A stretch of 64,000 bases of DNA, from contig OZ037773.1 of NCBI GenBank assembly GCA_964035545.1, positions 2,261,751 to 2,325,750 of the forward strand, written 5' to 3'. How positions within the stretch are numbered: position 1 is the stretch's first letter; each line of letters begins with the position of its first letter. Position numbers and translations under genes: made by a program. The stretch is from Bugula neritina (Eukaryota; Animalia; Bryozoa). The notes under the pieces were generated by a model. It was not told the origin of the DNA. It saw only the letters and a list, made by a program, of their open reading frames with translations, and ran no database searches. This document shows, one piece after another, positions 38,346 to 50,360 of the stretch.

Positions 38346-41300
38346 ACTCCTAGAACACTCTAATTTGCATATCTTATACGATATAGCCACGTCAAACTGT
38401 TGGGGAAATAGGTAGGCAACTTCGAGTTGAATTCCAATAAGTTACTCTAAAGTCTAAACTTTGAAATAATATTTTTCTTTTCAACCATTATATTGACATA
38501 ATGTAGATTTTGACTCAAGTTTGTATATAACATCATTTACAATACTTCTAAAAATATTCTGAAAGTATTACATCACACAAACAATTGCATACTTACAGTA
38601 TAATATGCTTTCATTCTAAAATGCAGCATACACTCTCAGTATATGATGTAGCATATGCTCTCAGTCTATAATGCAGCATACACTCTCAGTCTATTATATA
38701 GCATAATATGCTCTCAGTGTATCATCACGGGCTTTCCATGGATCCGTCTCAGCTAGATCGATCTGAAAAATGTGCTCAGATCAATCAATTTTCCATGACG
38801 ATGTAAGATCAATCTTGCGTAGTTGTCTCAAATGTATGGGTGTTGGTTTTGTATGACTTACTAAAAATAAACTAAAATATAAAACTTCATACTTGGTCTT
38901 TTAGATTAAAAATGTATATTATAATTGCACATTTCATTCCTTTGTCGTAGACAGTTTAGTATCTGATTTGTTACAATGTCTGCGCTTTAAAAAAAATCTT
39001 TGAAAATTACAAAAGCTTCATAGGGCATCACCTCAAAAAAAGAAAACCTTGCCTAGATCTGCTAATGGTGATTTAATTGGTGCACTTTGTGATTGTGCTT
39101 GCAATATAATTAGAGGAAATGTTCCTTTGACTTCAAAGCAGTTCAATAATCTTAGGATGCATCATTAAGTAATTAAAAGCTCTCACTAATAAGTCGAGTG
39201 TCAAAAATAAGCAAAAAATCATTCAAAAAGGTGGACTTATTGGATTGCTGTTGAAGCCTCTAGCTAAGATCTTGATGGGTGGACTTTTAAGTTGACATCA
39301 TAAAAAAGTATTACTTAATTGATCCATCAAAATATGAAATGCTTAAATCAGCTGCTAGTGCTGGAAATGAAAAGCGACAAAATAATTTTGACATATCTAC
39401 GCATCCAAATATTAAAAATGTAAAAGATATAGATCAAAAAATGGAAGAAACAGTAAATAAATCAGATTTGACAGTTTCTGAAAAGGTTGAAAAATACAAT
39501 GCACTACTAGAGAAATATATCAGAAACTTTAGGAATGCTCTTGAAACCTCAAAACCTATTCCCGTCACTTGGATCCCCCGCTGAGTCAGCTGAATGAGGA
39601 AGGTAATGATGACACTAAAGACTGTCATTCATCTCTTAATAATGGTGAGTTCTGAGTGTATAAGAAAATTGTTTTCTGTATTGTAATATACCCAAGCCAA
39701 TGTTTGTTTAAGTAGAGTGTATCATGTTGGCTCAACTCAAACTCAACTCTATAAAATTGGCCGATGAAGTGTAATGTGTGACCAGAATTCAATTATCAAT
39801 AAACAGGTGTACTCCTGTAAATGCAAGTTTCAGATTGCACTTCTTCAACCTATGCTGCTAAATTTCTCTTTTCAACTTGTAAATTCTGCATAATCTTTAC
39901 TTGCTGACGTTATTTACAGAGGTTATTACTCTTCGTACAGACCCCAAGGAGCTCCCACCACCTTTACCTTAATTTCCAAGTCAACCAGTCATAGCACCGT
40001 GGACAAGGTAATTCCTCTATTGTATTCCTCTAAATAACAAATCTAGGGTGCATGGAACAAGTAGGGGAATTATGAGGCGCAACAACAAAGTCATGACTTA
40101 TAATCAAACTAGGGCTGGTCTTAGTTTTTTTCTATGCTAAGTGAAAAATACATAGTTACTACTTTTCCACTTGATATGTAGATATCGTGCTGTTATCCCA
40201 AATATTGTGTATATATTTTGATGTATAACAATGACTCGTATATTATTATTTTTTTTATTTTTAAATATTTTTTTACTCTTACAATTATGGTGTTTTTACA
40301 AATGTATGGGTGTTGGTTTTGTATGACTTACTAAAAATAAACTAAAATATAAAACTTCATACTTGGTCTTTTAGATTAAAAATGTATATTATAATTGCAC
40401 ACTTCATTCCTTTGTCATAGACAGTTTAGTATCCGATTTGTTACAATGTCCGCGCTTTAAAAAAAATCTTTAAAAATTACAAAAGCTTCATAGGGCATCA
40501 CCTCAAAAAAAGAAAACCTTGCCTAGATCTGCTAATGGTGATTTAATTGGTGCACTTTGTGATTGTGCTTGCAAAATATTTAGAGGAAATGTTCCTTTGA
40601 CTTCAAAGCAGTTCAATAATCTTAGGAAGCATCATTAAGTAATTAAAAGCTCTCACTAATAAGTCGAGTGTCAAAAATAAACAAAAAATCATTCAAAAAG
40701 GTGGATTTATTGGATTGCTGTTGAAGCCTCTTGCTAAGATCTTGATGGGTGGACTTTTAAGTTGACATCATAAAAAAGTATTACTTAATTGATCCATCAA
40801 AATATGAAATGCCTACATCAGCTGCTAGTGCTGGAAATGAAAAGCGACAAAATAATTCTGACATGTCTGCGCATCCAAATATTAAAAATGTAAAAGATAT
40901 ATATCGAAAAATGGAAGAAACACTAAATAAATCAGATTTGACAGATTTTGAAAAGGTTGAAAAATACAATGCACTACTAGAGAGATATATCAGAGACTTT
41001 AGGAATGCTATTGAAACCTCGAAACCTAAAACAATCCTTGGTGAACCTGCTTTAAAAACTATAGATTTAAATAGTACCACAGAAAACAAAAGCAATAATC
41101 AGTTTCAATCTTTTGGAGAATCACTTGACAGTATTCCTATATCATACCGTCAAAAAGCTCGTAAATTGGTGAGTTTCTTGAAAAAAAAACAACTCATTTT
41201 CTGTTAATCAAGACAATGAACTGCTTTAAAAAAAATCACGTATTAAGAGGTTCAAATGTTAATCAATTAATCAATGATGCAGTACGAAACAAAAAACCAA

Positions 41301-41522
41301 TAACAAGCAATGCATTATTTACACAGTTTGTAGAAAATTTGAATGCAGAAGGATACCCAGCTAAACAGATATTGTCCAAGAGCCATGTCCAAAACCCTCC
41401 AATAACATCTAACATAGATCTTATTCCAAAACTGACAGAAGCAAGCCTCAAAGGCGTTTAGCCCCATATAAATATTCGTCTCAAACAGTAGATGACATAC
41501 TGAAAAACTGGCTTTCTTAAAA

Positions 41523-42470
41523 ATGACCAAAAAATGCAAAGCAAAAACCTCTAGCACATTGAACAATTTTTATTTCAATCCACAAGAAATTGGAAGCTTA
41601 GGTGAAAAGCGTGTATTTTCCAAACGTTTGGCTCAGAATGGATATAAATATAAATCTAGAACAATTTCAAAATGGTTGCAATCTCAAGAAGCTTATACTC
41701 TTCCCAAGCCTGTTGGGCAAAAATTTATTTGAAGATCTACATTAGCTAATGGATTAAATGATCAGTTCCAAGCTGATCTGATTGACATGCAAAAACATAG
41801 AAATTCAAATTCTAATCATGGTTATATCCTAACTGTTGTAAATGTGTTTTCAAAGTTTTCATAGGCTAAGCCGTTAAAGTCAAAATCTGGACAAGAGGTC
41901 GCTCAAAAATTGAAAGACATATTTACTTTACGCAAATGTAGGGTGCTGCAAACAGACAAAGGAAAAGAACTTTATAATACAAAGGTCAAGACTTTATTAA
42001 CAAAGTTTGATATATTACACTTTTCATCGGAAAATGACGACATAAAGGAGGCAGTTGTAGAGAGGTTTAATAGAACTCTTCAAACTAGATTATATCGATG
42101 GTTTACCAAAACCCAGGAGCATAACTGGACTAATGTCATCGAACACATTGTTGATATATATAACAATACCGTCCCCTCATCAACAAAATTTTCACCAGCA
42201 AACATTTATAGGGAAAATGAAGAAGATGTTTGGCTTAATTTGTATGGAAACTTGAAAGCGCCTAGTCTTTTGAATGCAAGGCTAAAAACTAATGGCATTT
42301 TTAGAATAAGCAAGTACAAACATGTTTTTAGTAATGGATATATAAAAAATTGGTCTATAGAAAGTTTTATTGTCAGTCAAGTTTTAGAAACTTATCCTGT
42401 AACTTATTGTCTTAAAGATCAACAAAACGAATTAATTCATGGTTGATACTATGAAGATGAGCTTCAAAAA
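41523..42470 (+). pseudogene. Polinton rve integrase, disrupted (other copies at 46319-47268, 51947-52907, 54713-55092, 57336-57590)
   Basis: FYFNP..GSLGG, QFQADLIDM, LQTDKGKE, VVERFNRTL, RISKYK..F..GY..NWS.E.F, YEDELQKV. In-frame stops. Confidence 0.9.
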
Positions 42471-42716
42471 GTTATGCACCAGCACAAAGAAATATCTCAT
42501 AAAGCCATGAAGATCATGAATGAAAAGCATCCAGCCTAACACACTACAACAGGCTATCCACCATAACAAGCCGAGAGATACAGACTGCTGTGAAGCTAGT
42601 TTTGCCGAAAGATTTGGCTAAACACGCTGTGTAGGAGGGCGCACAAAGGTTGTAACTAAATACACCATCCCCAAGTAATCTCACCCAGCTCCACTAACCC
42701 CGCTGGGCCTTTTCAG
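42470..42716 (+). pseudogene. H2B: Histone H2B C-terminal half plus 3' UTR and half stem-loop
   Basis: Translates to H..K.IS.KAMKIMN / [37 protein letters not shown] / TKVVTKYT.PK*, followed by GGGCCTTTTCAG. Confidence 0.88.
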
Positions 42717-42844
42717 TAGATTGAATTTAGTTGTCAAAACTATATGTCTGTTTTGTTATTTGATATTCAATCATGTTTTATAGAACATATAATATCATTG
42801 ACTATTTAACATCTGTTTACAAACCAGGGATGATGGTTAACAAA

Positions 42845-44990
42845 GCATGATAAAATTCAATTTGTAATTACAAGAAGCAACGAAATGAAGTGTATCAGAA
42901 TTAAACATTTAAAATTTTTTGACATCATAAATTTTATAGCTCCATGGTTTTCACGTGCAAATTTTATCAAAGCATACAATTGTAGTATGAAGAAAAGCTT
43001 TTTCCCATATGAATATGTCATATCATTAGAAAAGCTCAATGAAAATTCTCTGCCTGCACATGAAGCTTTCTACAGTAGTCTAACTCAATCAAATATCACA
43101 GCAGCAGACTATCAGAATTGTAACCAGGTTTGGCAAAACAAAAACATGCTCACAATGAAAGATTGTTTGATTTGTTACAACAATCTTGATGTATTACCAT
43201 TTTTAGAGGCAGTTGAAAAACAACGCATGGTTTATCGTGAAAAAGGCATTGATATGTTCAAGGATGAAATTAGTGTTCCATCTTTAGCTACTAAATGATT
43301 ATTTCATGAACCAAATACTAAAAACCTTTTTATTCCATTGATTGGCAGAAAAGATGCAGACTTGTATAAAACTATACGGAATAATATTATTGGGGGTCCA
43401 AGTATTGTTTTCCACAGCTATCATGATGCTGACAAAACTTCCATTTGTAACAATTCATTTGATAGTAAGTCAAAAGTTTGTAAAAATGTGTTTGGATTTG
43501 ATGCCAATGCTTTGTATTTGTATTGTGCTACGCAAGAACTTCCAACAGGTTTAACTATTAGAAGAGGTAAAGAAAATACCTTTCCTCCAAAGTTTTGTGA
43601 CTATTTTGGGAGACCGAGTGTTGAATTGCTGGAGTACTGCTCCTACTTGAATGGTGTATTTATTCAACATAAATATAACAAGGGTGAACAAAAAGTTAGG
43701 CAGCACAGGCTCCCAGTAGATGGTTATTGCAAGAAATTGAAAACAGTTTTTCAGTTACATGGTTGTCTATTTCATGGACATAAGTGTGTAAAAACAAAAG
43801 AGGTAGTATTTAATCCCATCAATGGAAAATCAATGACATCATTGTACCAAGACACTAAAATAAAAGAATCCTATATCCGTGCATTAGGTTATAGACTTGA
43901 GGTGATATATGAATGCCAATGGGAAAGTTATAAAAAGTTTTCAAAACCTTGTAAAAATTTTTTAGCTTTGTTTCTCTCTAGAGAAATGGAGGAAAATAAA
44001 CCAATGACTGAAAAAGATATCCTTAATGCAGTTGAAAACAATTTATTTTATGGTTTTGTAGAATGTGAATTATATGTTCCTGACAGTGTGAAATCTAAGT
44101 TTTCTGAAATGACACGAATTTTTAAATATGCAAGTTTAAGCAGATCTGACTTGTCAGAGGATATGCTAAAATATGCTGTACACTATGACATGTTGAAACA
44201 GGCTCAAGACACTTATTGGTAGTTACTATGGCAAAAAGATGTTGGTACTTACTCCGCTTCTTAGGTGGTATTTATCACATGGACTATGTGTTTCTAATAT
44301 TTATCAGGTTGTTCAATTTAAACAGCATAAATGCTTTGTGGAATTTGGAGAGTCTGTATGTCAAATGAGACAAAATGCTGACAAAGACTCTTCCATGAAA
44401 ATTCTTGCTGAAACTTCGAAGTTTTACGGTAATGTAATATATGGTGCAACTATAACAAATAAAGAGCGTATTACTGATGTAAAATTTGTTTCTAATTTAA
44501 ATGCTGCTGAAAAGCTTGTGAGTAGTAAACATTTTATGTCTATAGAAGAGCTTGATGATAAAGTTTTAAAGCTGTGGGCAAGATACTTGTAAGGGCATTG
44601 AAGAGTGCTGCTATAGAGTGTGGTGAAAGTTTCACAATGGGTGACAAAACATTAATCCAACTGGCTAATTCACAGTTACAAGGTCAAGAAAGCAATTATT
44701 GCTCTGAATTCAAAAACCTATTTTTGTTTTGGAGATGAGGGTAATAAACTTAGAACAAAAGGAATAATGAAACGATGTAATGACATAAAAAAGAATTTTT
44801 AAATGTGCTAAATAACAAATCTAGGGTGCATGGAACAATAGGGAAATTATGAGGCGCAACAACAAAGTCATGACTTATAATCAAACTAGGGCTGGTCCTA
44901 ATTTTTTCTATGCTAAGCGAAAAGTACATAGTTACATGGTTACATAGTTACATAGTACATGGAGTTACTACTTTTCCACTCAATATGTAG
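42845..44990 (+). pseudogene. Protein-primed family B DNA polymerase (Polinton pPolB), disrupted; partial copies at 40030-40180, 53670-54260, 55600-56195, 59650-60075
   Basis: FFDIINFIAP, K.FFPYEY, IIGGPSIVF, FDANALY, an inserted nuclease-like segment (LPVDGY..QLHGCLFHGH..YECQW), KFYGNVIYG and C-terminal TYNQTRAG..FFYAKRKV..GVTTFPL. The YxDTDS region is absent. Confidence 0.88.
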
Positions 44991-45252
44991 ATATCATACT
45001 GTTATCCCAAACATTGTGTATATAATTTGATGTATAACAATGAATCGTATAGTATTATTTTTTATTTTTAAATATTTTTTTGCTCTTACAATTATGGTGT
45101 TTTTACAAATGTATGGGTGTTGGTTTTGTATGACTTACTGAAAATAAGCTAAAATATAAAACTTCATACTTGGTCTTTTAAATTAAAAATGTATATTATA
45201 ATTGCACACTTCTTTCCTTTGTCATAGACAGTTTAGTATCCAATTTTTTACA

Positions 45253-45555
45253 ATGTCTCTGCACTTTAAAAGAAACCTTTCAAAATTACAAAAGCTTCAT
45301 AAAAAAACCTTGCTTAAATCTGCTAATGGTGATTTAATTGGTGCGCTTCGTGATTGTGCTTGCAATATAATTAGAGAAAATGTTCTTTTGAATTCAAAGC
45401 AGCTCAATAATCTTAGGATGCATCATAAACAATTAAAAGCTCTCACTAATAAGTCAAGTGTCAAAAATAAACAAAAAGTCATTCAAAAAAGTGGATTTAT
45501 TGGATTGCTGTTGAAGCCTCTTGCTAAGATCTTGATGGGTGGACTTTCAAGTTGA
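45253..45555 (+). CDS. Small basic Polinton-associated protein ending in QKGG-F plus an amphipathic helix (open copies here and at 58795-59115)
   Basis: DLIGALCDCACNII.GNVPL..KQ...QKGGFIGLLLKPLAKIL, a pattern recalled from animal Polintons. In this copy QKGG reads QKSG. Confidence 0.55.
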   Translation: MSLHFKRNLSKLQKLHKKTLLKSANGDLIGALRDCACNIIRENVLLNSKQLNNLRMHHKQLKALTNKSSVKNKQKVIQKSGFIGLLLKPLAKILMGGLSS

Positions 45556-45559
45556 CATC

Positions 45560-46300
45560 ATAAAAAAGTATTACTTAATTGATCCATCAAAATATGAAAT
45601 GCTTAAATCAGCTGCTAGTGCTGGAAATGAAAAGCGACAAAATAATTCTGACATGTCTGCGCATCCAAATACTAAAAATGTAAAAGATATAGATCAAAAA
45701 ATGGAAGAAACACGAAATAAATCAGATTTGACAGATTCTGAAAAGGTTGAAAAAGACAATGCACTACTAGAGAAATATATCAGAAACTTTAGGAATGCTC
45801 TTGAAACCTCAAAACCTGAAATAATCCTTGGTGAACCTGCTTCAAAAACTATAGATTTAAATAATACCACAGAAAACAAAAGCAATAATCAGTTTCAATC
45901 TTTTGAAGATTCACTTGACAGTATTCCTATACCATACCATCAAAAAGCTCGTAAATTGGTGAATTTCTTGAAAAACAACAACTCATTTTCTGTTAATCAA
46001 GATACTGAACTGTTTTACAAAAATCAAGTATCAAGAGGTTCAAATGTTAATCAATTAATCAATTAATCAATGATGCAGTATGAAATAGAAAACCAATAAC
46101 AAGCAATGCATTATTTACACAGTTTGTAGAAAATTTGAATGCAGAAGGATACCCAGCTAAACAGATATTGTCCAAGAGCCATGTCCAAAACCCTCCAATA
46201 ACATCTAAGATAAATCTTATTCCAAAACTGAAAAAAGCAAGCCTCAAAGGCGTTTAGCCCCATATAAATATTCGTCTCAAACAGTAGATGACATACTGAA
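45560..46300 (+). pseudogene. Conserved Polinton uncharacterised ORF between the small basic ORF and the integrase (six copies, all broken or truncated)
   Basis: IDQKMEE.LNKSDLTD.EKVEKYNALLEKY, SIP..Y.QKARKLV.FLK and GSNVNQLINDAVRNKK. Confidence 0.6.
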
Positions 46301-47267
46301 AAACTGGCTTTCATAAAAATGACCAAAAAATGCAAAGCCAAAACCCCTAGCACATTGAACAACTTTTATTTCAATCCACGAGAAGTTGGAAGCTTAGGTG
46401 GAAAGCGTGTATTTTCCAAGCGTTTGGCTCAAAATGGATATAAATATAAATCTAGAACAATTTCAAAATGGTTGTAATCTCAAGAAGCTTATACTCTTCG
46501 CAAGCCTGTTGGGCAAAACATTATGCGAAGATCTACATTAGCTAATGGAATAAATGATCAGTTCCAGGCTGATCTGATTGACATGCAAAAACATAAAAAT
46601 TCAAATTCTAATCATGGTTATACCCTAACTGTTGTACATGTGTTTTCAAAGTTTTCATGGACTAAGCCGTTAAAGTCAAAATCTGGAAAAGAGGTCGCTC
46701 GAAAATTGAAAGAAATATTTGCTTTACGCAAATGTAGGGTGCTGCAAACAGACAAAGGAAAAGAACTTTATAATACAAAGGTCAAGACTTTATTAACAAA
46801 GTTTGATATATTAAACTTTTCATCGGAAAATGACGATATAAAGCGGGCAGTTGTAGAGAGGTTTAACAGAACTCTTCAAACTAGATTATATCGATGGTTT
46901 ACCAAATCCCAGGAGCATAACTGGACTAATGTCATCGAACACATCGTTGATATATATAACAATACCGTCCCCTCATCAACAAAATTTTTACCAGCAAACA
47001 TTTATAGGGAAAATGAAGAAGATGTTTGGCTTAATTTGTATGGAAACTTGAAAGCGCCTAGTCTTTTGAATGCAAGGCTAAAAACTAATGACATTTTTAG
47101 AATAAGCAAGTACAAACATGTTTTCAGTAATGGATATATAGAAAATTGGTCTATAGAAAGTTTTATTGTCAGTCAAGTTTTTTGAAACTGATCCTGTAAC
47201 TTATTGTCTCAAAGATCAACAAAACGAATTAATTCATGGTTGATACTATGAAGATGAGCTGCAAAAA

Positions 47268-47496
47268 GTTATGCACCCGCACAAAGATATATCTCTTAAA
47301 GCCATGAAGATCATGAATGAAAGGCATCCAGCCTAACACACTACAACAGGCTATCCACAATAACAAGCCGAGAGATACAGACTGCTGTGAAGCTCATTTT
47401 GCCGCAAGATTTGGCTAAACACGCTGTGTAGGAGGGCACAAAGGTTGTAACTAAATACACCAGCCCCAAGTAATCTTACCCAGCTCCACTAACCCC
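47268..47496 (+). pseudogene. H2B: Histone H2B C-terminal half, copy 2
   Basis: [38 protein letters not shown]. Confidence 0.88.
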
Positions 47497-49688
47497 ATTG
47501 ATGAAAATGATTGAGGATGGAGTAATTGTTAAAATTGATAAACCTACTCCATGGGTGGCACACCTATGGTAGTAGTTCCTAAACTTGGCCAAAACAAGGT
47601 GAGAATTTGCACAGATTCTACCGAGGTAAACAAGCATATTTTGAGAGAGTTCCATCTCATGGCAACAGTAGATAGCAGCTTAGCTCAATTAGGACAAAGA
47701 CAAATTTTTTCTAAGATCGATGCAAACAGTGGATTTTGGCAAATTCCTTTAAGCAAAGAATCTAGCAAACTAACAACATTTCTGACTCATTCTGGACGAT
47801 ATCGCTATTTGCGACTGCCTCAAGGCCCATGCAGTGCTCCAGAGATTTTTGTTGCTGAAATGAACAATATTTTGAAGGATGTTGATGGTGTGGTTATACA
47901 TATAGATGACATACTGGTTTTTGGTGAGAGCAAGGAGCAACATGACACAAGATTGCAAATAGTGTTAGAAAAACTTGAAGCTTCAAGCATTACGCTCAAT
48001 AAAGACAAATGTAAATTTGGAGTGGCATCTGTTAATTTTCTTGGTTATGTCATAGATCAGTCTGGTAACTTCAGTACGAAGTTTTCTTGGAATGGCCAAC
48101 CAGCATGCTAAGTTTTCCGAGGAATTAGCTGCTGTGAGTGAACCAATTAGAATGCTGTTGAAGAAAGATGTTCCATGGCACTGGTCCAGCAAACAAGAAA
48201 ACTCCTTCAAGACGATAAAAGAAATATTTCAAAATGCACCATTTTTAGCAGTCTATGATGTAGACAAAGACACCATAATCACAACAGATGCTAGCAATGC
48301 AGGTCTAGGAGCAACACTCTGTCAAAATCAACAGGATGTCTCTCGGCGCTTGAAATCTCCTGCAAGTCGATCTTTAACAGTGACCGAAAAGCGTTATGCA
48401 GCCATAGAAAAAGAAAGTTTAGCAGTCTGTTGGGCTATGGGAAAGTTTTCTCCACATATACTAGGTATGACGAATGTGGTTATTGAAACTGATCACCGTC
48501 CACTAGTTACTTTGTTTGGGAATATCTTTCTAGACAGGCTTCCACCAAGAATTCAAGGGTTTAAACTTAGACTTCAAAGATTTCAGTATACTATCAGACA
48601 TGTGAGGGGGTCTAAGAATGTTGCAACTGATGCTCTCTCCAGGTATAACACTGCTGAAGTAAACGAGATTGATGCAGCAAGAGAAATGGAAATTGAACTT
48701 TGTATTGATAACATCTATCAACATGGATCTAATAGTAGGTTGGAGCAGCTTCGTTTAGAACAGCATGAAGATGAAATACTGTCCAAAGTAATCAAATTAG
48801 TAGAGAATGGATGGCCAGGGTATTTGTCCACTGAAGATGTCCTTCTGAAGCCCTATTTTGAAAGAAGATCCATTTAACAATAAACAAAGGATTCTTGACA
48901 CTTGGCAATCGTTTGATAATACCGTTAGCTCAAAGAGAACACGTGTTGCAAGATTTACATAGAGGACACTTGGGCATTACAAAATGTCAAACACAGGCTA
49001 GAGATAGCGTGTGGTGGCCTTCTATGTCAAAGGCTATTGAGGCTATGATCAGCAATTGTGCTGAATGCAAAATCCATGCAGCTAAAATTACAGAGCCATT
49101 ACGTCCTTCTGCAACTCCAGATAAACCTTGGCAACACCTTAGCACTGATTTGTTGTTTTATAACGGCCAAGTATATCTTCTGGTTATTGATATTTATTCA
49201 AGGTAACCTGAACTTGCCTTGCTGGGAAACTCTGACTTTTCTTCAAGTAAAGTAATAACACACCTAAAATCTATTTTTCCACGACATGGCATACCTGAAA
49301 TACTATTGTCAGATAACGGCCATCAATATGCAAGTGCAGAATTTAAACATTTTTCTGTCGAGTATGGATTTACCCATGTGACTAGCAGCCCACATTATCA
49401 CAGAGCGAATGGAGCAGCTGAGCGAGGAGTAAGGACCATCAAAAGCATGCTTGCAAAAGAGAAAGATCCTTATTTGCCTTTGTTAGCCTATAGATCCTCA
49501 CCGCAGTATAGCTCATACTCTCCAACAGAATTGTTAATGGGTAGAAAATTGAGATCCACTGTACCCATCCATCCGGATAAGCTTAAACCTGAACTCCCTG
49601 ACCATGACTTATTCAAAAAGAGCAACAATCAGTATAAAGAGAAAATGGAAGAAAATCATGACAAAAATCCTAAAGTGCGCCCTCTTGG
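47497..49688 (+). mobile_element. Ty3/Gypsy pol fragment (RT, RNase H, integrase), disrupted, no LTRs seen
   Basis: PMVVVPK, KIDANSGFWQIPL, RLPQG..SAPE, HIDDILV, TDASNAGLGA, ETDHRPL, LHRGHLG..C..C, SDNG, AERGV. Confidence 0.93.
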
Positions 49689-50360
49689 GAGGTGAAACTT
49701 CCTAATGCGTATTCTGCAGAACAAATATCAGCCAAGTATGAGTCTATTCCACAGGCAGGTGCTCTTACCGCCTGGCCACATTTGCAAGACTTAGCAAAAA
49801 ACATAGTCAAGGGACAAGACATTTAAGTAGGGCTACTCATTGGAGGCAATTGCCCATTAACCTTCAAACCTAGCGAGGTACTAGTCGGAAACGACGCAGA
49901 CGATGAACCATTTGGCGTACGTACTGGCCTAGGGTGGGTTATCATGGGTAGTCTAGATACAAATAACACACATGATGACAATTCAGGCAACAAAACAACA
50001 ATAGTCAATAAAACCGTAACTCATTCACTCAAGAAAGCTAAAACATCAGTATCTTTCAAATGCCAAACTGAAACATCAAAACAAATAAATAAAATAATTA
50101 ATTTATTGGCTCAAGATTTCAAGGAATGTGTAACAGACAAAGAAGCGGCTTCTGTAGAAGACAGAGCATTTTTGTCTCATGAAACAAAAAACAAAGATCG
50201 TTGATGATCATGTCACCATGCCTTTACCTTACAAACACAAACCACCGCTAGATAACAGTTTTAAAACAGCAAAAAACCATTTCAACTCACTGCTGAGAAA
50301 GTTCTCTAAGAACCAAGACTTGGAAAACCAGTACAAAGAGTTTATGGAAGACTAAAAACC
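49689..50360 (+). mobile_element. BEL/Pao retrotransposon fragment (region between protease and RT), copy 1
   Basis: WPHLQDL, VGLLIG.NCP, EPFGVRTGLGWVIMG, SVEDRAFL, MPLPYK. Confidence 0.8.
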
